A DNA stretch of 64,000 nucleotides, from the sequence record MK308675.1; one strand, 5' to 3'. The stretch's first letter is position 1. Each line of letters begins with the position of its first letter. Positions 9,001 through 17,692 of the stretch are shown one piece after another. Below the pieces are notes generated by a model, which was given only the letters and a program-made list of their open reading frames with translations, had not been told where the DNA came from and did not search any database. Both the position numbers and the translations under genes were made by a program.

Positions 9001-9191
9001 TAGATTGTGATGGGGGTTTATTTTTTACCAGCGGGAGGCAGGAGTTTCTTAGATGGACTGTAGGAGTCAGCTACAAAACTTACTTTCTCACGGGAACGCT
9101 TAGGGGCGAAAGTAAGATAAGGCTGTCCTTCGACGGTTTTAATCGAAAGAATGCCGTCCGGAGCGCCTTACAGTTATGGTAAAAACCTTTA

Positions 9192-10079
9192 CTATTTATC
9201 TTCGTCCACCATCCGGTCATGGACACTCTGAAGCCAATCGATGAGCTCTTTAACTTCTTTCTTATCTAGGTCTTCAGAGAAGTGGTTATCGCAATCTTCC
9301 TGAATTTCCAATAGCTCCGGCTTAGCAGGGTCGAAAGAAAAGCTTACGATTGAAGAATAATCGCGATGGTTTCTACCGTATTCCTCTTCTCTCTTTTTGA
9401 TAAATCGGACCGTTTGATACGCAACGGTATAGCCGATTACTTCAGCTTCCAGCGGAGAGTCCAAATAGAACTCCGTAGTAAAGTAAGGCGTGAAGACGGA
9501 GCTCTTGGTTTCTAGAGTCGCCTGAATTCCGAGACGTATAGACATAGAAGCAGTCATGCCGTCTTCTGGTCGTATGCAGCCAAAGACGTCAGGTAGAGGC
9601 CTGCCGTCAGATGTGACATATCGGAACTTGAGAGGTAGACCAACCGACATTTCGAGGTGGTTTAAGTTCGATTCTTCTCTAATCGACACAGTGCGGCCGT
9701 TGGTGACCGAAACCGCTAAAAACGCTTCCGTTTGTTTGTTGGGGTCGCGTAGCTTAACAAGGTAAGACGTGATGTGGAATTGTTCTACATCCACTTCGTC
9801 GGTTTCCTCGAGGAGGTCTAGACTGCCCTTACCGTTTCTGCCTAAAGCGATGAGGTCCACAGGGGCGCCAGCCTTAATATAGTCGGTATCACTGACGAAC
9901 AGTTCTGCCATCTCTTCAGAGCGACGAACGATTACGTGGTCCGGGCGGAGCTGTTCAATGTGTGCTCTAAAAGCCGATTCGCTCTTAACGCCCAGAGGGT
10001 TGTTAATATGGAGATGATTTGACATTTCGTAATCCTCTTTTGAAAATGAGATAAAAAGTGGAGACCCGAAGGCCTCCAC
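9192..10079 (-). CDS. second MCP-domain-like protein, paralogue of 8446-9000
   Basis: IKAGAPVDLIALG...LDLLEETDEVD and VIGYTVAYQ segments. Confidence 0.4.
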   Translation of the reverse strand: MEAFGSPLFISFSKEDYEMSNHLHINNPLGVKSESAFRAHIEQLRPDHVIVRRSEEMAELFVSDTDYIKAGAPVDLIALGRNGKGSLDLLEETDEVDVEQFHITSYLVKLRDPNKQTEAFLAVSVTNGRTVSIREESNLNHLEMSVGLPLKFRYVTSDGRPLPDVFGCIRPEDGMTASMSIRLGIQATLETKSSVFTPYFTTEFYLDSPLEAEVIGYTVAYQTVRFIKKREEEYGRNHRDYSSIVSFSFDPAKPELLEIQEDCDNHFSEDLDKKEVKELIDWLQSVHDRMVDEDK

Positions 10080-10085
10080 TCGACT

Positions 10086-10274
10086 TTATTGCAGTGTAAC
10101 TTGCTCTGCCGCACACCAAGCATATTGGTTTGCAACTGTAACAGCAGGCATCTTGATGTTGTTCTTAATAGAACCAGGGTTTTGCGTAGAGTGAATATCG
10201 TACTGAGGCTCCAACATACTGAAGCGCTCTGCCATGTATTCGTCTAGTGCTAACGACCCCGTCATCATATCTCC
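10086..10274 (-). CDS. nvRNAP beta' N-terminal subunit, exon 2 (phiKZ gp56.1-like)
   Basis: Begins GGA GAT ATG ATG (G-D-M-M), which completes NADFD+GD; 62 aa. Confidence 0.9.
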   Translation of the reverse strand, partial: GDMMTGSLALDEYMAERFSMLEPQYDIHSTQNPGSIKNNIKMPAVTVANQYAWCAAEQVTLQ

Positions 10275-12096
10275 CGTACCTTCAGCCAGTTCGTTAGACT
10301 GACCCGCAGCATGACCTGCTAAGCTCTAGGGTTTCCCACTAGACGACTCACCTTCGTGAGAAGGGCATTTGACTGCCGTCGAGACTATATCATCGGTTCC
10401 TCTCAAGGACACCGCCTCATGCTTCGCCCGCACTTGCTGGGCTAGCGCTAACTTATTCCGCTATTAGGATAGCATCTGTTAGCATTAGTCGTTGAACCTG
10501 CCACAGTTTAAAGTAGCTCGGCTGCTGATTACCAATTCCATGTTCCCTTAGGAGTGTCATCGCGACAGGTCCATAGGACATCTCTTATGTTCTTTCTGTT
10601 TTCACAGCCTTTCCATCTGAACTTTCGTTCTCTGTTTCGGCCATAAGAGCTTTACGGATTTCCAGCAATTCAAAAGGTTTTACTTCGACTTAGATTTCCA
10701 GCTTCTCAATCTTTTTATGTTAATGTTAAAGCGCCCAAGCAAAGGGACGTTTTTCTTTTCAGCGTTTCTTATTGTAGACTCAGCTATGCCTATTTGCTTA
10801 GCAACTTGCTGTATGGAAGTGCCTACGTAGATTTCTTTAGTTAAGGGGTCCTCTACAGTAACGATGGCCGAAATGCGACTAGCGTCCTTCAGGATAGCGC
10901 CTTCCGCTTCTGTAAAGTCTGGCCATTCAGGTTTGTCCAAAACGGGACGAACCACGTAGCCTCGGCACGGGACATCGTCGAAGGTACTCTTCATCCTGGA
11001 AACATTCGACTCCACTGTCCCTATGTATCTGGCAGCTGCTCCGGAACTTTCAAAGATTTTTACTTCTCCGAAACTTTCCGGGCGATAGCTTTTTACCATA
11101 CAGGACGCGCACATACCAGAGCGACCAACCTGTTTTTCTAGCTCCGACGCCACCGGTACCGGCAATCCGCTGTCTTCATAGGAAAAAGCATATGTGCCCT
11201 TTTCATTTAGCTGATAGACGGCTTCTTCTGCGGCTCTTCTAGAAAGGCGGTCCACGCTATTGAAGTGCATGCCTGTGGCTTTAGCGGCCACCGTAGAGGA
11301 ACTATATATTTCCTGAGTGTTTTCTCTAACGTCAAAAACACAAACTCTTCTACCCTTCCCTTTTCTTGAGATGTTCTTTTCTTTCCCGGCGTTCTTGCTC
11401 TGAGTAAGCCATTGAAGGTTACTGAGCCCATCATTAAAGCCATCAGTATCCTTATGGTCACACTCTAAAACATCCACGTTAGCCGGATAGTCTTTAAAAG
11501 CCAGTAGTTTCGCTCTGCCTCTCCCAAGTAACAGATGTCGCCCCAAGTCGTCTAAAATACTGGCCTTCATATAACGACCATGTATGCTAAATGAATGGGT
11601 CTTTCCGGTTGCTCCATTCAGCAATAGACCTTCTTTAGACAGTCCGTATTTCGTACAGCCTGGAATCCTAAAGTAATTTGGATTTTTTCTAAGCGGCAGG
11701 GGTTTGGTAAACCCATACGTTAGATTACCTGGATGTAGATTATTACGGTCACCGTCTATGAACAATGGGCGTATTTTTCTTACTTCTTCCAGAGAAAAAG
11801 CGAAGAGTTTCTTCCATGCCCAGACCATAACTTTAGCGATGGCCACTTCCACACGGCCATTATCGCTTTTTAAGAATACGCTTTTGTTTCTTCCATTGAC
11901 TTTGCGGACACATTTTGCTTCCGTTCCGTCACTAGAATAAACATTACCCTTTTTGTCTAGCCAGAGACCATAGTTTGGAATCTCGACTCGACTAACATTA
12001 ACATAACCACTTAAACGTTCTCTTTTCATAGCTTATCTCCTCTATGATATCCGTTTTTATGGTTTATTTTGATTTAAAAAACTTACCCTTCTTTTA
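10275..12096 (-). mobile_element. group I self-splicing intron (1822 nt) in nvRNAP beta' with a homing endonuclease ORF
   Basis: The 5' exon ends in U (TTCGAT), the intron starts TAA and ends in G. Core elements on the minus strand: P AATTGCTGGAAA (10659-10670), Q AATCAGCAG (10522-10530), R GTTCAACGACTA (10486-10497), S GATATAGTC (10383-10391). Confidence 0.93.
10680..12029 (-). CDS. intron-encoded HNH homing endonuclease with NUMOD4- and NUMOD1-like modules
   Basis: Intact motif CDHKDTDGFNDGLSNLQWLTQSKN; a degenerate first copy (FIDGDRNNLHPGNL); GAGGAG RBS inside the intron. Confidence 0.9.
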   Translation of the reverse strand: MKRERLSGYVNVSRVEIPNYGLWLDKKGNVYSSDGTEAKCVRKVNGRNKSVFLKSDNGRVEVAIAKVMVWAWKKLFAFSLEEVRKIRPLFIDGDRNNLHPGNLTYGFTKPLPLRKNPNYFRIPGCTKYGLSKEGLLLNGATGKTHSFSIHGRYMKASILDDLGRHLLLGRGRAKLLAFKDYPANVDVLECDHKDTDGFNDGLSNLQWLTQSKNAGKEKNISRKGKGRRVCVFDVRENTQEIYSSSTVAAKATGMHFNSVDRLSRRAAEEAVYQLNEKGTYAFSYEDSGLPVPVASELEKQVGRSGMCASCMVKSYRPESFGEVKIFESSGAAARYIGTVESNVSRMKSTFDDVPCRGYVVRPVLDKPEWPDFTEAEGAILKDASRISAIVTVEDPLTKEIYVGTSIQQVAKQIGIAESTIRNAEKKNVPLLGRFNINIKRLRSWKSKSK

Positions 12097-13434
12097 ATCG
12101 AAATCTGCGTTAGGTCCCACCAGTGCAAGGACCGAGAGTGCTATCTCGCATTCGCTTAGGCCCACGATTCTTAATCCTTGCGTGCTAGACCTTGCAAGAC
12201 TAGGATAACGAGTCAGAGCACACTTAATGCCGCCGCCCTTACGCTTACGTGTACGCAACGTAGAAGGCAGTTCTTTAAGTGTAGGGTTACCAGCCGCATC
12301 TTTTACTACGATGGTCTGAGCAACGCTCTCAGGAGTCGGAGGAGTATCATCGATAAGTTCTTCCAGGACATCTACAAGTAGAGGGTCCCAATCCGTAGCA
12401 TGTTGTAGTACGTAGGCTTGGGCCTGAGCGTGACTAAACTTATGTTTCCGGATGAGCTTAGCGATGACTAATGGTTCCAGACAAGTTAACATCTGATGGT
12501 ACGGTACGAGAATAGTATCGTACTCATGAGGACGATGATAAGACGTGATGATGTTACGGAACGAGTAGTTCATGCGCGTACCGAAGTTCACACGGCGTAA
12601 CCAACCAGACTTAGACGATAAGTTGTTTTCGATAACGTCTTTATAGTAGTTGGTTAAGTCTACCATGATGTTAGTAAAGCGAGTCTCTAATCGCTTCACG
12701 TTTATCATGCCCATTGTGCCGGCTGCGGCAAAGATAGCTTCCATTGCAGAAGCCATTGTCTTATCGTAGTAGTTACCGTAAGCTGTTGACTCGATGGCAA
12801 ATGCTACTTTAGACGGGATTGGAATGTGCTTAACGAATAGATGCTCACGGTACTCTTCCACAAACTCTTTCAGTTCTTGGCGTTTCTGCACGGAGGCAGT
12901 CTGGCGTAAAGCAACTTCTAGAATCTTGTCGAACTCTTCTTTTACATTAGAGAGGCCACGTTTAAGACCTAGCTTCTTGAAGTGCTCTACAATAGAGGTA
13001 CCTTTCTTCTTAGACTCATCTGGGTCAGGCAGCTTAGGGTCCATTGCCCACTGCAAGCCATCGAAGCCACGGTTATCCTTTAAGCGTTCGCTTAGGAAAA
13101 TCCAAGGCAGTGGTGCTAAGAAGTAATCGATGCCGCGAGGAACAGAAATCCAGATTTCCGATTCGATTGCTTGGTTGTGGTGAGATACCACTTTGGTGTT
13201 ACAGTGTTCACAGATAACACCGAGGTTAACTGCTTCTTTTGTCTTACGACAACCACACTGAGGCACAGTAGCTAAAACATCCGAAGACTCATACTTAGTC
13301 ACCGTCAATGACTCAAGTAGCTTTCGGTCTTCTTCGGTTTCAAGTTTCAGTTCGTTTACGATGACCGGAGGGTTTTCCATTGAAGATAAACGCCAGTCCA
13401 AGTTACCGAATTTTAGAACCTGTGTTCCTAACAT
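12097..13434 (-). CDS. nvRNAP beta' N-terminal subunit, exon 1 (phiKZ gp55-like)
   Basis: Zn-binding CGC...CEHC, GWLRRVNFGTRMNYSFR and TRYPSL; ends GPNADFD. The spliced product would be 508 aa. Confidence 0.92.
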
Positions 13435-13462
13435 AGGGTCGTGCTCCTTTGTTATGTTTAAC

Positions 13463-14233
13463 TTACTGTTCGTACTTAGTGTTTTGGCTTACGTCGCCAA
13501 CTTCACTCTTAGGGGGAATATAGGACAAACCGTTCTTTGAAACGTACTCCGTAATCTCCTCAAGAGTGTCGAACTTCTTACCACCCAGGTGCTTAGGGAT
13601 AATCTCCATAAACTCCACTAGGGCTCTTTGGTCCGCTACGGCAGCACCTACGTCATCTAACGCGAAATGTGTTGACTGGGTGCGACTGAGGCGGTTAGGT
13701 AGGATTTTAGAAGGATACATCATCGTACGAGTAGACGAGGTATCCGCTACCTGGTGGCCTAGGATTAAACCTAAGCGAGGCATCTGCGCATTGATGAAAG
13801 ACTTATCGAAGTTCACGGACTTCCCGTGGACGATAATGACGTACTTCGCTTTGGCGTCATAAGCCGGTAGTTTACCGTCAACTAGGAACTCTCGATGGTT
13901 CGCAGTAAAGTAGCTAGTTAAGATAAAAATGATGCGGTCTTCTACTTCGTGAAGAGGTAGCCGCTCGCGTGTCTCCCATTCTACGTCAAAGCCGTTTTCA
14001 ATATGGAACTGCACAGTGCCTTCGTCAGAACGCGCCATTTCTTCAGCTGTAGGCTGAACCATATAGTCGAAGCTGACCTGTTCTTCTAAGTCTTCCGATA
14101 GAATTGTTCCTGCCACTTGGACTAGTGGGTAATGATTACAGCCAGCAACATAAGTGCCGTCCTCTAGCTTAACTGGGTAGTTGAAACCCATTGTCTCTGA
14201 ATCCAGGGACAGATATACGATGGTCTTTGCCAT
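13463..14233 (-). CDS. DEDDh 3'-5' exonuclease (oligoribonuclease/RNase T-like)
   Basis: ExoI LDSETMG, ExoII GKSVNFDKSFI and ExoIII HFALDD motifs. Confidence 0.8.
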   Translation of the reverse strand: MAKTIVYLSLDSETMGFNYPVKLEDGTYVAGCNHYPLVQVAGTILSEDLEEQVSFDYMVQPTAEEMARSDEGTVQFHIENGFDVEWETRERLPLHEVEDRIIFILTSYFTANHREFLVDGKLPAYDAKAKYVIIVHGKSVNFDKSFINAQMPRLGLILGHQVADTSSTRTMMYPSKILPNRLSRTQSTHFALDDVGAAVADQRALVEFMEIIPKHLGGKKFDTLEEITEYVSKNGLSYIPPKSEVGDVSQNTKYEQ

Positions 14234-14271
14234 ACTAACCTCTTATAAAGGAAAAAGAAAATATAAGTAAA

Positions 14272-14301
14272 CTGAGGCTACGGCGTGAACCGTAGCCTCA
14301 G
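14272..14301 (-). terminator. chmA terminator
   Basis: 12-bp stem CTGAGGCTACGG/CCGTAGCCTCAG with a spaced T-tract. Confidence 0.75.
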
Positions 14302-14332
14302 CTAATTACTTACTTACGTTTTTTAATGCAAC

Positions 14333-16237
14333 TTAAGAAGTCACACCGTAACGGTATTGAGAACGACCTGCTTGGTATGCACCTTCACCGTATACACCAC
14401 GTTGTGATGTTGCAGTTTGGAATGCTTGACCAGGCTGGAACGCTTGACCAGCGTTGAAGCCGTGTACGCCTTGAGTGTTGTCGTAGTCAGTGTCAACCAG
14501 ACCTTCAGTGTTTAGAACCATGCCGCTGTTGATAACTGCTTGCATGAACGCTGGAAGGAAATCTGGAGAGTAGAAGAAACGGTCGTAGATACCGTCAATG
14601 TCTGCATTAACTACTTGCTTAAGGATTTCACGACGAGTGTGGATGTTCACAAGACCTTGTGGACCATTACAGCCGCCAGGTACTAGAGACTGCTGGAACT
14701 CACGCATGCGAGTGCCTGCTTCTGCACCGAACAGTTGTAGCATCTGTAGCTGACCACATTCACGTAGGTCGTGAGTGTTACCTTCTTTATCTGTGTAAGT
14801 ACCAGCATGAACAGCAACAGCTTGAGGCTGTAGTACTGGACGTGCTTCGTTACCCCAGATTGGAAGGAAGTGTCCGCCTAGGAATTGGTCTACTAGAGCT
14901 ACGAATTCTGCGTTTGCTTGTAGACGGTCTTGGTCATCACCTAGAACCGATGCAACTAGAAGTTCGTAAATCCATGCAGTACGACCACCACGCAGTACGT
15001 CGAATGCCACAGTGATTGTGTCATGTACGTTACGTGCAATGTACTGGTCAAGTGATACGCGGCCAGTTGTGTCCATACCCATAGATACAGATTTGTCTAG
15101 CTCAATTTCACATGGTGCCCAATCTTCAGCGCCAGTCATACGACCGTCCCACTGATAGTTAAGAACGCCTAGTGAAGGTTTGCCACCAAAGTTACGACGG
15201 AAGACCTGCTTGTAGTTCTGGCCAGACGCTTGCTGTGCAAGTGCTAGTAGGCTGAACAGTACAGTTTCTTCAGACTCGTATGCTTTAGCAGTGTGTGGGT
15301 CAATACCTTGAGCCACTGATTGAACTAGTAGAGGGTGGTACGCACGACGTACGAATTCACCGTTTTCTAGACGCACTGCATCGTTAGATGGAGCGAATAC
15401 GAAATCTACGTAAGTTTCAGCTTGGGCTAGAGTGATACGACGCTCACGGTTGTTACGAGAACGTTTAGCGTTACCGCGACGAGTACGTGCTTCACCAACA
15501 GTTACTGTAGAAGTAATGTCAGTGTAAGTTGGGTTACCTTCTACGTCAGATGTAGTTGAACCTGGGTTCACTTCATGACCGATTTCGATAGTAAGACCAC
15601 GGCTCACGATGTCTGGTGCGCTTACGGTAATGTTGCTGTTTAGAGACATTAGGTTACGTTCAGCTGTTGCGTATAGACAGCCTAGGTAAGCTTCATTCGT
15701 TAGGTCCATTGATGCACGAGCAGTCATGAAGCCGTTTTGAATGTAGTCTACAGTAGCACCGGTACGACGTACAACTTCGTCTGTGATAGCGTTAACAAGA
15801 ACGGCATCCCAGAACTCTGAAGTATCTGCGTCAAGAAGGATTGGTTGGTTTTCAACGATGATTTCTTCGCCTTTAACCGCGCCTTCATATGCACCTTCTT
15901 CGATTAGGATGGTGTAGAAACCTTTAGTCTCACCTACAGTGTTGTAGGCTACGATTGCAGGTACACCTACCTTCATGTCATCGTCGATTGCGATGAACTG
16001 AAGACCTAGTGCGTTGCGAGAAGCTTTCTTCTCAGTAGCAGCACGCTCATTAAGGAACGCTATGCCAGCTGTGATAGCTTCGTTGGTGCGACCAGTGAAG
16101 TCAGAAGCAGAGCCTAGAACTTGGTCTAGGAAGTTGCCGCCCATCGGTGCAGACTGTTGTGCAGCTGCGCCTTGCTCAGGTGCGTTAGTTTCAGTTTGTG
16201 CTTCTTTCTTAGCTTTGTTACCTTTAGGGTCGAACAT
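14333..16237 (-). CDS. chmA: chimallin, the major phage nuclear shell protein (phiKZ gp54-like)
   Basis: 634 aa with disordered Q/A-rich N-terminus and aromatic/Gly C-tail; strongly biased codons; own promoter and terminator; lies between the gp52-like gene and nvRNAP beta'. Confidence 0.85.
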   Translation of the reverse strand: MFDPKGNKAKKEAQTETNAPEQGAAAQQSAPMGGNFLDQVLGSASDFTGRTNEAITAGIAFLNERAATEKKASRNALGLQFIAIDDDMKVGVPAIVAYNTVGETKGFYTILIEEGAYEGAVKGEEIIVENQPILLDADTSEFWDAVLVNAITDEVVRRTGATVDYIQNGFMTARASMDLTNEAYLGCLYATAERNLMSLNSNITVSAPDIVSRGLTIEIGHEVNPGSTTSDVEGNPTYTDITSTVTVGEARTRRGNAKRSRNNRERRITLAQAETYVDFVFAPSNDAVRLENGEFVRRAYHPLLVQSVAQGIDPHTAKAYESEETVLFSLLALAQQASGQNYKQVFRRNFGGKPSLGVLNYQWDGRMTGAEDWAPCEIELDKSVSMGMDTTGRVSLDQYIARNVHDTITVAFDVLRGGRTAWIYELLVASVLGDDQDRLQANAEFVALVDQFLGGHFLPIWGNEARPVLQPQAVAVHAGTYTDKEGNTHDLRECGQLQMLQLFGAEAGTRMREFQQSLVPGGCNGPQGLVNIHTRREILKQVVNADIDGIYDRFFYSPDFLPAFMQAVINSGMVLNTEGLVDTDYDNTQGVHGFNAGQAFQPGQAFQTATSQRGVYGEGAYQAGRSQYRYGVTS

Positions 16238-16340
16238 GGTTGTATCTCCTGGTTGGGATTATAGTCAAAATAGGCAAAGAAAAAACAATATTGTTCTTTC
16301 TAAGCTGTACTTGCAGCGTTAAGTTGCCCAAGTACACAAT

Positions 16341-16360
16341 GACAATATGGGTGATAGATT
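16341..16360 (-). promoter_or_regulatory. putative early promoter for chmA
   Basis: AATCTATCACCCATATTGTC. Confidence 0.65.
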
Positions 16361-16569
16361 TTCTTCAAAATCACTTTTGCAATGTGAACTGCGGTACTAG
16401 GTGCTAGCAATGCACCTTACGGTACATTCACTAACATACTATTAGTAGTAAAACCGTTATGAATTTTACTAAAGGGTTTTATGACAGTTATGTCGAAAGC
16501 TCTAAATGGCTCTCGTCACATCTTATAGGGCAATGCTGTTTATTTTAAATTCGATACAGGTAACTTATT

Positions 16570-17649
16570 ATGCTAAAGCTATTTTCTACCTTTACTGGAC
16601 TAGATAGAGGAGAGACTATAGAGGCAGGTCTAAATCGAGTCTTGCAGCTACAGGCTAAGAATATAGCTGTAGCTGAGACCTACTATCAGAACCAATACGT
16701 TCCGACGGATATGACCAACCCACTCATACGTCTCTGCTATCGTTTCAATTGGGAGTTGACAACCGAACCTGTTAACTACTATAATAGAGCTAAAGAAGAA
16801 ATGCAAGAACTATGTCTTAACACAGGCATCACTTCTTCTGCTAATGAAGGCGATATCTTCGAAGGGCTCTTTTACGGCGAGAACGTAAAGACTGTGATGG
16901 TCGCGGAAGCAGACGCCGCTCGGCGTAACCGCATCCTGAGTCAACCTCGATGGAAAGACATCCGTCCTGTTAGGGTACTCACCCGACCAGGTGTAAAAGG
17001 CTCATATGTTCGCCCCGACCTAATTGAGTACAACGAAGGTCACTGCGTCATCTCGGTAGATATCCCCGCGTTAGCTTACATGTTCCGAGGATGGATTGAG
17101 GATAACCTCAAACTTCCTGTGGAGCAACAGAAGCAACCTTTCCACTTTGTTTGCCATTATGTCTTACCTTCAATGATGTGGTCTCAGCAAGACGCTACGC
17201 TTATCAATAGCCTAGTGATTGGTGCAGACGCATGGAAGGAAGACGCTGGTGAGTTCTCAACCTTCTTAGCTATTAACAACATGACCGACTCTTTACTACG
17301 GACTACCTATGGCCTAGTTAAAGAAGTCGGGACTCAAACTGCGACGTGGGAAAAGCTACTTAGCCACATACCTTCTTTTATAGGGGAAGACATGTCAACT
17401 GCCCTCCCTCAGTTCTTTGACCGTAAGACGATTAAGAACGAGTGGGTCGAGCTAATAGCCATGTTACCCATTGCGACGGTCTGTGCTAAATACGCTAAGA
17501 ACAATCCAGAGTCTACTATGGTGGACAACCTCTGGAAAGAGTATTCTCGCTATCTTAAGAACCAACGCATCATCTCTAAGATACCGGACAAGAAACTCAT
17601 TGCTCAGGTAGATGAAGCCTTTGCTCAATTCGTAATTGAATATAGTTAA
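16570..17649 (+). CDS. conserved Chimalliviridae protein (phiKZ gp52-like)
   Basis: 359 aa, divergent from chmA and convergent toward the DNA polymerase, the arrangement seen in phiKZ-like phages. Confidence 0.6.
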   Translation: MLKLFSTFTGLDRGETIEAGLNRVLQLQAKNIAVAETYYQNQYVPTDMTNPLIRLCYRFNWELTTEPVNYYNRAKEEMQELCLNTGITSSANEGDIFEGLFYGENVKTVMVAEADAARRNRILSQPRWKDIRPVRVLTRPGVKGSYVRPDLIEYNEGHCVISVDIPALAYMFRGWIEDNLKLPVEQQKQPFHFVCHYVLPSMMWSQQDATLINSLVIGADAWKEDAGEFSTFLAINNMTDSLLRTTYGLVKEVGTQTATWEKLLSHIPSFIGEDMSTALPQFFDRKTIKNEWVELIAMLPIATVCAKYAKNNPESTMVDNLWKEYSRYLKNQRIISKIPDKKLIAQVDEAFAQFVIEYS

Positions 17650-17660
17650 AAAAAAATAAG

Positions 17661-17686
17661 CTCCTTAGGCCATAAGGCCTAAGGAG
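17661..17686. terminator. bidirectional terminator
   Basis: 11-bp perfect stem between convergent genes. Confidence 0.75.
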
Positions 17687-17692
17687 TACTTA

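Noticed and set aside
10086-10268. Independent 60-aa gene starting MMTGSL
   Set aside because: It is exon 2 of nvRNAP beta'.
12094-12096. Stop-codon readthrough or recoding as the reason beta' ends at NADFD
   Set aside because: The sequence after TAA does not continue GD, and the group I intron explains the break. Other genes use standard stops.
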